DNA of 63,851 bases, the filler included, from Reticulomyxa filosa (Eukaryota > Protista > Foraminifera), in NCBI GenBank assembly GCA_000512085.1. It is 21 parts of 21 records of this genome, joined end to end, with 100 filler letters (N's around TTAATTAATTAA, not from the genome) between each part and the next. Parts side by side here need not be neighbours in the genome. Positions count along the whole stretch, not along the records: positions 51,909 to 54,766 come from ASPP01003882.1; positions 54,867 to 59,944 come from ASPP01002953.1; positions 60,045 to 63,851 come from ASPP01001771.1; 18 more parts are not named here. One strand, given 5' to 3'. A program made the translations under genes and the position numbers. A model generated the notes under the pieces. The model worked only from the letters and a program-made list of their open reading frames with translations. It was not told where the DNA came from and searched no databases. This document shows, in pieces, positions 52,079 through 63,851 of the stretch; positions within the stretch are counted from its first letter, which is position 1; each line of letters begins with the position of its first letter.

Positions 52079-53251
52079 ATGTTTAGTTGGGTGGTCTTTT
52101 CAGTGGTATTGTATAATTGGCTTGCCCCAGTAGCGAGCTATAATAATGGACAAGCCCAATTGCCAGCTTTGGGGTGGAATACGTGGTGCAGTACTTTTTT
52201 CTGGGGGTCCGACCTTTGCAGCGAGACCCAAGTTTGATAAAATGGGAAATTTTGTGAACGATATCAAAGAGAGACGGATGTATGACTTGGAATACAAGCA
52301 CATCAGCTTGGATGACTGTTGGTCAGGTGCGCATGTGAGTTGCGCCATTGCGTAAAAAAAAAAATAATAATAATTTTGTATGATGTGCAAAAAAAAAAAA
52401 AAAAAAAAAGCGGAAACACGTGATGCAGATGGAAATTTGCAAGCAGACAAGCACCGTTTCCCATCAGGGATAGCAAATCTGATCAAGTGGTTGCACGAGA
52501 ATGATATTTTGTTTGGATTGTACACAAGTGCAGGAGATAAGACATGCTCGAGCGGACGACGTGTGCTCAAGCCGCTAAGGAGCTATGGACATTACCAACA
52601 AGACGCGAACGCATTTGCGGAATGGAAGATGGACTACGTGAAGATCGACTGGTGCGAGAACGACTTGTACAACGCACAGGAACAGCACACCGAGTTTACC
52701 GAGGCGTTGAACAACACCGGACGAAGCATGTGGCTGGAGCTGTGTCGTGGCTATGACTATCCTCCTCCTTACGTAGCCCAAGTAGTCAACAGCTGGACAG
52801 TGACTGGCGACCATCATGATCATTGGAGATCCACTTTGGCTGCCATTGAATCCGTAGCTGGACCCAATGTTATGGCTATGTCGGCTACGTATAATTGGGC
52901 GTATAATGACTTTTTAATGGCAGGTGGACAAGGGTGTCCGTCCATCAATCCTGATGTCCCTGCTGGACATTGTCCTGGACAAACCCATTCCGAGTATCGC
53001 TCTGAGTTTGCTATTTGGGGTATCACTGCTTCCCCTTTGATCGTTGCCACTGATGTGCGCAATATGACCAATATCATTGATCAAGTGCTGTTCAATCAGG
53101 AAATCACCCTTCGTGGAATAATCAAACCACGGTCGCAGTCAGAGACTTGTGGGTACACCAAGATCTTGGAATGTTCACTGGGCAGTTCCAAGCTAATGTC
53201 GATTGGCATGACAATGCCTTTGTCGTTATGAAAAGCCAATACAAGCAATAG
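52079..53251 (+). pseudogene. GH27 alpha-galactosidase (melibiase), disrupted
   Basis: Signal peptide + PALGWNTWC; stop/frameshift near 52235; LDDCW; intron 52327-52410; FGLYTSAG, YVKIDWC and YRSEFAIW..ASPLI; then a jump from FNQEI to out-of-frame VRDLWVHQDLG. Confidence 0.85.
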
Positions 53252-54948
53252 ATTATTGTTTTTTTTCTCAGATAAAATGTAAAAATAAAAAATTTTGTTC
53301 AAATCTAAGATCAAATTTGTTTTTAAATTAGCAAAAAATATTTTTGAAAGAAAAATGAAAAAAACATCATTAAAACGTCAACAATTACTTTTTTTTTTAA
53401 TCAAAGATAAAATAAATAATTCTTATTTACGAGATTTCACAGGTCGGCCACAAATGCGTTACGAGCAACATCCCAAATTATGAGAGTGCTGAGGCAGTTA
53501 GTGAATGTCGCAAATAAGAAATTTTGTAACTACCTTTTTGAGGTAGTTAGAAACCTCATTGTGGTCCTGGTCCCTTACCTTTACAAAATTTCATGTATCA
53601 CTTTTTTTTTTTTGCCACAAAATTGATTAGAAATTAAACTTCGTGTTTTGATTCGAATATCTTTATTCAAATACAATTTTGAAATTTCTTATCATTGTGA
53701 TATTTGCATCTTCAAAAGGAAAAACTGCCTTGTTTCAAAGTATTTATTGAGATGAACAAAAAGAACGCAGGAAAAAGTCTGTAGCAAAAAGTCTGCTTTA
53801 CAACAACTGAGCATTTTGTGAAAGAAAACAGATCTAAAAAAAAAGGGGCGATTGCCTCAAAAAAAATGACAAAAATTAAAAACAATCTCGTAAAATAGTA
53901 TTTCCTTTGCTTTCAGAAAATTCCATTTTATCAATCCAAAGTTCACGAAAGACAGGTAGAAAGAAAGTATACTGCCTCCAATCAATGCACTATATTTTCT
54001 ACCATTCGGAGCCTCTCATAAATACGAGATCTTGATTAAATAGAATAAGATTTTTAAGTTCTATTTGAATATGTTCTTTCATATTTGGAAATAAAGTATT
54101 TCCTCCAGACAGCACAATATTGCCATAGAACTCTTTTTTTAAATGAAGACTACAAGACTCAATGCCTCTGGATTAAACATTACTTCTGTGCATTCAAATC
54201 TTTCTTCACTAATGGACATTATTATTATTGTTATTGTTTTGATTTAACTAATAGAACCACATATTTTTTTTATATCTCTTGTTGAATTTTTCCAATATTA
54301 TCTATTTTTTTTAATATTAAAAATATTCATTGCCAATAGTCCATACATTACAATCATCGAAACTTCTGCCATTTTCAAACGATTCGTTTTTGGATTTAAT
54401 GCTGTGTATGTTAATAAAATTGGACGGTTTTCAGGTTCTCACTTTTATATTTATTCACAAAAAATTTTGTTTATTTATTAAAATATATACATACATATAT
54501 ATTTTTTTAACCTAAATAATCCATGAATCCACACATTTTCCATGTCATCCCATGATGTAATCATACCGTATTTTTGCTTGGATGAGAGAAGTGTAATACG
54601 ACGTGATCTGTTGTTGTGTACCCAATTAAATTTTTAAAAAAATGTAGCTATGATGTTCCAACGGAAAAAATCCAAAAACTGTCGATGTATAATCGTGGCA
54701 GCACTGGATTTATTGGAAATTTTGTATTTGTATTTTGCCACGATTAACGAGTCAATGCGAATTTCCNNNNNNNNNNNNNNNNNNNNNNNNNNNNNNNNNN
54801 NNNNNNNNNNTTAATTAATTAANNNNNNNNNNNNNNNNNNNNNNNNNNNNNNNNNNNNNNNNNNNNAAAAAAAAAAAAAATATTTTTGCGCGGCTTTTAT
54901 TTTTTTTTTTTTACAAAAAAACACGTATACGTGTGTGTACCAACCCAC

Positions 54949-55412
54949 CTCCTCTTGAAGGATGTTTTTTGAGTACAACTCTTCCACGGGCTGACGATTC
55001 GTCAGCTTTTTGTCCAAGTGAGTGGCTACACTATGCAGAGAGTTCGCCAATACGGTGTCGTTCAAAATTTTTTGGGAGAGGGCATTACGAGAAGGCCTTG
55101 AAAGCAAACTCTCTTCCAACTTTCGTGACCGTTTGTCGAGTTCTTGCCGCTCCTATTGTTTTGTTTTGTTTGTTTTTTGATTCATCAAAGGGGAAGAGCA
55201 GAGGGAGAAAAAAAAAAAGGTGGAACATGAAAAGGGGAGGGGGGGCGGAAGGGAAACTGTACGCATCGTCAACTTTTTTCTCCAAAGTAAAAAGTTGAAG
55301 TTGACAATCAAAACACATAGTCACCTATAACCAGCGACTACAGTCCTGTGCTTTTGTAAGTACTTACCAAGGGCTCAAAATTCACTATTTCACTGATTTC
55401 CTCGGATGCCAT
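54949..55412 (-). CDS. RPEL-repeat (G-actin-binding) protein, 3' partial
   Basis: Exon 55152-54949 gives KLEESLLSRPSRNAL and LDKKLTNRQPVEELYSKNIL; probable first exon MASEEISEIVNFEPL with GTAAGT donor. Confidence 0.7.
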
Positions 55413-55829
55413 GCGTTATTATGAACAATAAATTACAAAGAACTTTTTGATATTGGTGCTCCCTTAGTGCGTCGAGTTGTTGCCACTTCATTCTCGTTTC
55501 AATACCAAAAAAAAGGCGTCCAGAAGAAGTCAAAAGACAGGAAAATGTAAGAACTATTCAAAATCATTTGAATACATTTTTTTAAGTACATGTTATTTTG
55601 TTTAACTCACTGTTTCTTGCTGTTGCTCAAATTTTAGTATTTATTGTAATTACATTGTTTAAGAAAGTCAAACACAGCGTGCCTAACACAAGAACATATT
55701 ATGACAATGGCACCATCCGTAAACTACTTTATCCAAGCGCCACTACTGAAAAGTACCCCAAAAGTCTTTTTTTCAGTGAGCAAGGGATTCATCTTTGAAA
55801 AGTAGATCCAATCTATCAGCTGTATAGAC

Positions 55830-58800
55830 ATGTCTCGCAAAATAAATAAAAAGTTTTTTTGGACACATTTGAAGACTTTATCTTCGTCATTGTTAGGTCC
55901 AGAATTAGATTATGATATGCTAGTAGTGGTAAGCGGAAATCCTTCGGAAGATAACCCACGAACCAAGAACAATTTGATTCATTTTTGGTTGTTTGGACTG
56001 GAAGTATTAAACAGTATAATAATAATAGCACCAAGTAAAGTAATTGTATGTGCAGGCAACAAACCAGTGCAACATTTGCAACCCTTGAAGATAGAGCATG
56101 GAGAAATGGAAGATATAAAGATGGATTTGGAATTTGTGATTAAAGCGAAAAGTAAAGAGGCGGACGATGCGAGTGCAAACAGTGAAAATTACAAGCATTT
56201 GATAGAGATAATGGCGTCACAAGGGCATAGAGTAGGAATAATCGAAGAAGGAGCGCAAGGCAAATTGATTGAAGGTTTTATCAGTCAATTGAAGCAAGAA
56301 ACAGCCAAAAAGTTTCAATTGTTGGATTTTTCGCAAAAGCTGGCGGACGTGATGATGGTGAAAGATTCAACTGAGTTGGTAATACTTTTAAGAGAATCTG
56401 TTCACATATGCATATACATATATATGATATTATATGATATTATATATAATTTTATAATAATAATATATGTATGTATACATATATATCCTTTTTTTTTTTT
56501 TTTTTTAAAAAATAAAAAAAAAAAAAGAGTTACATTGGAAAAGCTGGAGAATTGTCAAGCCGAGTGATGAAATATTTCCAATCACAAATGGAAGATGTGA
56601 TTGAAAACGACAAAAAAGTGACGCACAAGGCGATATCGCAAGAACTGCTAACAGTGTTGGAAGACCCCTCGAAGGTGACCTTGGACTTGAAGAAAGAGGA
56701 CATTGACTCATGCTACCAACCTGTCATTCAAAGCGGTGGGACCTATGTGTTGAAGCCGAACGCAACAAGTAGCGATGAACCACTGAACTTTGAAAAGGGG
56801 ACCATTGTGATCATGACCGGGTTTCAATACAAAGAGTACTGCAGCAACTTGGCCCGCACGTTTATCATCAACGCGTCGGACGATCAGAAGGAAACGTACA
56901 ACGTGTTGTTGCACGTGTTCAAAAGGGGATTGTTGGCGTTGCGCACGGGCGTAATACTGAGTGACGTGTACGATGCTTGCATTAAGGCTATTCGTAAGTC
57001 CAAGAAGCCGGAATTGGAATCACACTTTGTGAAGAATTGCGGGCATGGCATTGGCTTGGAGTTCAGGGACAATGATTATCTGATTATAAAAAAAACAATC
57101 GCGTGTGTAAAGATGGGATGGTATTTAACTTTCAAGTGGGGTTTAATGACTTGGTCGACCAAAGCAAAAGCGGAGCATCATCATCATCATCGTCATCCTC
57201 CTCGTCGTCGTCGTCGTCATCGTCCAAATATGCCCTGTTCATTGCAGACACAGTCATTGTCACCGACACAATGCCCAAGTTTGTAACGAGCTACCAACGC
57301 AAACTGATTGAATATACCTTGGAAGATAATGCCAATGAAAAAGAAAACGACAAGACGATGAGCAACAGCAATGCCAAGACCAAAGATAAGGACAAAGACA
57401 AGAAAAAAGACAAAGACAAAAAGCAAAAGAATGACAAAAAGAAAAAGAAAAAAAACCAAGAGGAGAAGAAAGTGGATGATAATGAAGATGGCAATGGCAA
57501 TGACGATGGTGACGAGGAAAATAACAACAACAACAACAACAACAACAACGATGATGACGAAGATGACAATGAGGAAGAGTACTTACCTGCTTCTCCTTTG
57601 CGTCGCGTGACGAGACAATCGAATCGACGAACGGCGAAGGAGAGACTGGAAGCAGAGAATCGGAGGAAAGAGAGGGAATCGAAGCAGGCGTTACTTCGGG
57701 ACAAGGCACAGAAAAGCTTGCAACGAATTTTAAATGAGACCAATGGCGAATTTGCGACGACGGAGGACGAGTCGACTTGGAAAGATCCTCGATGTTACGA
57801 CAAAATTGACTTTTTACCGCCGAATGCACGAGGCACAAGAATTTGCGTCGACATTGCTCGTGAGTGTGTGATTTGTCCCATCATGGATCACATGGTCCCG
57901 TTTCACATGTCCGGCATCAAAAACATGTCCATTTCGATATCCGGGAATTGGACGTATTTGCGATTGAATTTCATCTCCCCTGTGGCGGCCACGAAAACCA
58001 ATCGAACGCCAAATCAGCCATCGGTTGCAATTGCACATCCGGAATGCATGTTCGTGAAGGAGCTGACGTACCGGGCATTGGACGGCAACAATTTGCAAGC
58101 GGTGCATAATCAAATGAAAGAGGTGCAAAAGCGGATACGGCAACGCGCAAAACAGAGTAAGGAATTGGTGGCAGTGGTAGCCCAGGAAAAGTTGAATCGC
58201 AATACCGGGGCTAAACAATTGATGTTGAAAGATTTGACCATTAAGCCGTCCTTGGGTGGACGTAAAAAAGGCACAGGACAGTTGGAATGCCATTTGAATG
58301 GCTTTCGCTTCCTCGACCATAAGAAACAGGAACTGACGGTAATGTTCAATAATATCGCTTTTGCCTTCTTCCAAAAGGCACAAAACACACCCTCGGTGTT
58401 TATCCATTTCCGATTGGTCAACCCCATCATGATTGGCAAGAAACCCTCGTTTGATGTCCAGTTCTATCGTGATGTCGTCGAACGATTTGAGGAAATTGGC
58501 AAAGGCTACAATGACTATGACGGCGTTGCTGCCGAAAAAGAAGAGAAATTGCGCATCGAAAAAGTCAATAGTCTTTTCAAAGACTTTACCGAAAAATCGC
58601 AAAGTCTTGCCAACAAGTGCGGATTCGATTTGAAGTTTGAATCGCCAATGATGAGTTCTGGATTTGAGGGTGTCCCAGACAAACAAGCCGTCTACATTTA
58701 TCCCACTGTCAATTGTCTCGTTGCCCTGGATGATACTCCTCCTTTCATTCTCCCCATGAAAGATATCCAAGTGGCGCATTTCGAAAGAGTGCAATTTTCG

Positions 58801-59385
58801 TTGCGGAGTTTCGACTTGGTGTTTATTGAAAAAGACTTGCACAAAGAACCCATTCGCATTTCTTCAATCCCCAGAGAACATTTGGATGAGATTCAAGAGT
58901 ATTTGTCTTTGAAAGATGTCCTTTACTATGAAGGCAAAGGCAATTTGGAATGGAAAGAACTTTTGCAAACTATTCGCGATAAATTCTCGGACTTTGTCCT
59001 CCGCGGCGGCTGGAATTTTTTGGCTGAAAATGAAAGCTCTTCCAAAAAACCTTCCAAGGCCAAAAGGCCTTCTTCTGGAAGTATCAAACAAAATGATGCG
59101 GATAATGAAAGCGAACATCCGGCCTCTTGTAGTGAATATGAACCTGAAGACATGGAACCTGATAGTGAAGAGTTTAGCTATGATGAGTTGGAAATGCAGG
59201 AGGAAAACAATCAAGCGAGTGGCAGTGATGCAGATGATATCGATGACGATGAAGAAGGATTGTCGTGGGATGAGTTAGATAGACGAGCGGCTGAACAAGA
59301 TCGAAAATCTCGCATCAAAGAACGAAATGAAGAGTTTGTTACCACTCGCTCTTCCAACAATGCCAAAAAACAACGAACGCGATAA
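55830..59385 (+). CDS. SPT16: FACT complex subunit SPT16
   Basis: HFWLFGLE N-lobe; intron 56379-56527; IQSGG, YCSNLARTF, GIGLEFR, VPFH..IKN, YLRLNF, LECHLNGFRF, HFERV and acidic tail with GLSWDEL. One-base frame slip at 57085-57095. Confidence 0.96.
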
Positions 59386-60104
59386 TTGGTTTGTTTTTTC
59401 TTTTGTATTGTGCTTTTTTCTTTTTTCTCTCACTACATTTCCCCATACTTTGATATTTATAATGAGAATACTAAAACATGTCTCTGTTTTTTGCCAGGCA
59501 AAGGGCTCGGCTCTCAATTTCTGAACTCCTAAAAAAATTATTGTACTTACGCAATATTTGTTCAGTGAGAATCAAATCATCTCTATTATGAAAAAAAAGA
59601 AAGGATTTAATCTTGACTTTAATCCCCTTTATTTCTTTATTTTGTTTCCATTCTCACATTATTTACTTTTTGTTTTTTGAACATTTAACTATTCGGCATC
59701 TTCAACATTGTGTTTTCGTCTGGCTGTAGCAGGTTGTTTGAAACAACAAGTAATATTATCACAAGAAGACTAATAAACACTTGATCTTACAAAAAAGTAA
59801 TACAGATTCACTAACAATTTGTTTTCTCCTTTCCAATTTTTGATCAAAGAAAATATGTAAATGGAAGCGTAATATTTTGTTTGTCATTTTTGACTGAATG
59901 AGTGTGGGGAGTCTACTGTGGAGAATCTGCACTAAATGTAATACNNNNNNNNNNNNNNNNNNNNNNNNNNNNNNNNNNNNNNNNNNNNTTAATTAATTAA
60001 NNNNNNNNNNNNNNNNNNNNNNNNNNNNNNNNNNNNNNNNNNNNTCCTTCGAAATTTTTAAAAATCATTTCAAAAAATCATATTTTTGATCAACCTAGAA
60101 AAAA

Positions 60105-60260
60105 CTTATCATAAAACCAATTTAATATTTAAAAACTATAAGATTAGTAGATATTTTTAAAAAAAAAAATTAGGTTTAAATCTTTATTTTTCATGGAGAA
60201 AATCTATTCTCTTCATATAGTGCCATTTAGGTGTTGCAGTTTTTTTTGCAATTTACTGTA
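60105..60260. mobile_element. Right end of TA-CAGT TIR (MITE-like) element
   Basis: aaaaccaa..tttaaaaacta..tagatattttt..taggtttaaa..atggagaaaatc..gccatttaggtgttgcagtttttttgcaatttactg+TA. Confidence 0.65.
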
Positions 60261-62806
60261 TTATGTTCAAAAAATGAACATACTTATTGTATGTATGAAA
60301 CAAGCTTACAAAGAATTAGTATATAAAAGAAAATATAGTGATGTCAAAGCTTTAAAGAATCATCAAATAGTTCATAACAATGCTACATATTTGTGTAAAT
60401 ATTGTAGCAAATTTAATTTTTTTTTAATTTAACAGCATATCAAATTATGATATACAAATGTCTATTCATAATGTAGAGGTTAAATGTGGTCAATGTAACA
60501 AAAGATTAAAAACAAATATTAGTTAATTTCGTTTTATTGCATATGTATTATACAAAATTTCAATGCAAAATTTTATTATAAAATATGCTTGCTTTTATTT
60601 TCTTTTTTCATATCAATTACAATTATATCAATTGTAGTCATAACAATTTGTATATAATAGTAATTGTGAGAAAATAAAATTTAGTACCCAGGTATTCTAT
60701 TATTTGTCGAATCCTTAAAATTAATTTTACATATACATATATATTATTATTTACAGAAAATCAAATTTGAACATTCAAGAATATGATTTTGGATAATTAA
60801 AATATTAAGTTTTTTTTTCTTAAGTTTTATGAATCCTTAATTTCATTTTTATAATTACACAAATTATGTAAAAAAATAATTTCAGTATATATAATTATCA
60901 CTGACTATAACTATTTTTCCAAATAATATTAAAAGAAAAAACTATGTGATATATTTCTGAATCCTGAGTTTTTTTCCGGCAAAAATCTATTAATAGAAAA
61001 GTGTTTTTAATGATACGTATATAAGTTATTATGACAACTTATGATTTTGATAATTAAAATTATCAAATATTTATGCAACAAATTATTATCATAACACATT
61101 GTCAAATGATTTGTATTTTAACATATCAATAAACTAATATTGTGCATTAAATCAAATTGTGTCTATATCAAACTGATTGAATAAATGTCAATGATTTTAT
61201 CTTATTCTTTGGTGGTCAGAATGGTAAGTTAAAGAAAAAGATTATTGGATAATCTGGAAATATTTTGTGATTTAATGAAAATATTTATAGTTGATAATTT
61301 GGCAAAAACTGAATTTTACTAAATCCAAAAAACAACGTAAATATGTAATATTTTTTAAATAAGATTCGTTGAAAGAATAAATTTGATTGGGGTTTTTTTG
61401 TTGTAGATTTTTGTGTGTTTAAGAATTGTACAAAAATATTTTTATTGTATTTCAATGAGCAAAAATTTAGTCGCTTTTGGCATTGAAAAAAATTAAAAAA
61501 TTCTATTAATTAGAAAAAAAACTGCATTTTATCATAATATAGAAAAACAATAAAAATAAAATAAAAAGTTGAATTTGCATAGTTAGTAATAATTTCTTAT
61601 TGTTGGAGAAAAAGTATTAATAATAGTTAACTTCTATTGTGAAAATTTCATATAAAATTCAATTGTTCATAAAAAATTTGTATCACAATCATAAACGAAA
61701 ATATAACGAACACAAACAAGGACAAGCATACAATACGGACATGAATATGGACATGAAAAGCGTTCAAGTGAACACGGACATACACTATCAAACTCGCCGG
61801 CAAGGTGCATTGCAGTCAATTTATTTTGTGAAAAAGTAGGATTATAAATAAAATATGATGAAGAAAAAAATATATTTGAATTTTGCAATTTACCTGTTTG
61901 TGATAATATTAAAAAATATAACAAATATGCATATTTATATTTTAATAATTATATTTTCCTATTTGGTTGGTATTATGTGGATATTAATGCAAATATTACT
62001 ATTTCCAAATTAATTCATAGATAAATGAAAAAGTTTGTATAAGAATGAATCAAGAATTGCAGTTATGTTTAGCTGACTCAATCGCATTATTAAATAAAAA
62101 TTATATATATATATAATGGAAGGAAGCAATGGATCGTTTACATTACATATTAATTTGAAAATTAAGAAAAATTATCTATTTAGTTTATTTATTTATTAAA
62201 AAAAATAGATTGATTTTGCGTGCAATTATTGGCATAGAAATAATATGATGAACTTTGGCTGGATTAAAGAGTTTAATTTAGTCATTAGAAAATATATTAT
62301 TGATTAAAAAATATTTCTTTGTAAGTATTTTTTTTAAGTAATATTTCTTCAAAAAATTTTTAAACTATATCTTAAAGTAAATTAACATATATATGCTTTT
62401 TAAAAGTTTTGCTATACTATTACAATCATTTAATGTAGTTTTAAGAATACAAGAAAAAACAGAGCTTTATTGCATGTGTATCTGATCATTTGGATTTGTT
62501 ATGAATGTTAAATAGATCCTGGTCTTTTACAAAAATAATATTTCATTTTTACTCATCACATTCTAAGTATGTTGTGTTTTTATTGCAATTTTCATTCATT
62601 ATTTAGTACTTTTAGTGTTCCCAATATTTGATGAAAAGTAGCGACAAAAGCTCATGTGATAATTGGCAAACATCCATTTGATTAGTAAAATATCAATTAA
62701 ACTTGTACGATAAAATTTTGACGAAGTTATATGTTCCACAAGTTGTAACTCATTATAAAGTAAATACAGCAAATCGTATGCTCATTCTCACTCTTGTGTA
62801 TCCATG

Positions 62807-62955
62807 TACAGTAGGTTGCAAAGAAAACTGAACGCATAAAACGATATCATATGATGATAATTGATTTTCTCCATAAAAAATCAATATTTAGACCTAATTT
62901 TTTTAAAAAATATCTACAAATTTTGTAGTTTTTAAATATGATATTGGTTTTTTAA
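62807..62955. mobile_element. Left end of TA-CAGT TIR (MITE-like) element
   Basis: TA+cagtaggttgcaaagaaaactg.. is the diverged reverse complement of 60110-60260. Confidence 0.65.
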
Positions 62956-63812
62956 TATTTACATTTTACCAAAACATCAATATCAATTGTGTTGGCCCCA
63001 AATATCGTGCTCTTATTACTCATATATTTTTCGTGGATTTCTTTGTTCACCATTTGAGTCCACTACTATTCAATTCATCATCCAATTCGTCATTATAAGT
63101 CTCACTTGTAGTGTGTTTCTTGTTAGTCTTGGCACACAAAAAACAAAACGATTAAACAAGTAAGTAATGAATCATTTGTTATTTCAAAGAAAAGATGTAT
63201 TGAAATTTCAAGACTTGGGTATTAAACAGTTCAACTTGAAATAAGGATCAAAAAAAATAATTTGGATATTTTGATATTGATTTATAAGTGATGATCGATC
63301 ATATGTCTTTTGAACAACTTGTTGTTGTGTAATGTGGAGTCATTCCATTCATGCAAATCTTATTTATGTTGCAATCAAATATAAGTGCAAAGGAAATATC
63401 AAATAGCTAATAACAACACATTCAGTAAATTTTATCAAAACTCTATCACTGGGGGGAAGAAACATTAACAAAAAAAGAACATTTTATAATTAATTTCAAT
63501 TGAAAATGCTATTTGTCAATTCTCTTTGATATATCAAAATATAAAATATATTTTCAATCAATGTAAAATTTTAATGGAATATGTCTTTCAATATGTTGTT
63601 TATAATTACAATAACATCTTTAATTGATATAAAGTACATTTAAATAAATACCATGTACCAAAAATGAACACATGCATAACACATTTTAAAATATTTTTTT
63701 GTTTAGAAGTATTAATTTATTTATATAATACATTTGCTTTTATTGCTTAATAACCAGTGTCCTTTCATTTTTGAAAATACCTCCAATCATGCTCTTATGT
63801 ACTCTGTGACAC

Positions 63813-63851
63813 TACAGTAGATTGCAAAAAAAACTGCCATACCTAAATGGC
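63813..63851. mobile_element. Left end of TA-CAGT TIR element at the window edge
   Basis: TA+cagtagattgcaaaaaaaactgccatacctaaatggc is a near-exact reverse complement of 60222-60260. Confidence 0.65.

Noticed and set aside
57217-59214. Long antisense or overlapping ORFs on SPT16, and similar ones on the ATPase, the GPS receptor and the bacterial genes
   Set aside because: These are shadow frames of GC-richer coding DNA and triplet repeats, with no independent motifs.
2582-60044. Regularly recurring TTAATTAATTAA as a CRISPR-like or biological repeat
   Set aside because: It is always centred in a fixed 100-bp N block and is a six-frame-stop linker added during concatenation.
60105-62955. One 2.8-kb transposon bounded by the inverted copies at 60105-60260 and 62807-62955
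   Set aside because: The TA|CAGT termini face the intervening DNA, so it lies outside both elements, and it encodes no transposase.

Overview
This window is not one locus. It is 21 small contigs joined by 20 identical 100-bp artificial spacers (44 N + TTAATTAATTAA + 44 N), so adjacency across spacers means nothing. Twenty contigs are AT-rich eukaryotic DNA with short GT-AG introns full of poly(A), poly(T) and (TA)n. The gene families and a divergent alpha-tubulin suggest a foraminiferan such as Reticulomyxa filosa (inference from pattern, not a database result). One contig (37625-39794) is GC-rich and bacterial, with an Rrf2 regulator and a FAD/NAD(P)-binding protein. Recognisable eukaryotic genes: a GAF protein, a P1B heavy-metal ATPase, CBS, PUB, RGS and RPEL proteins, alpha-tubulin, a PKD2-like channel, a SAM methyltransferase and SPT16, plus WD40 and GH27 pseudogenes. 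The most unusual items are three seven-transmembrane receptors on one 16-kb contig (one fused to a degenerate HAD-like domain, one with a polycystin-1-like REJ+GPS ectodomain on a 7TM body), a PB1-like/pseudo-caspase/TPR protein, a dispersed TA-CAGT-ended MITE-like family, and introns with poly(A) instead of a polypyrimidine tract. Several single-base frameshifts lie in homopolymers and are probably sequencing errors. Exon boundaries were read by eye.
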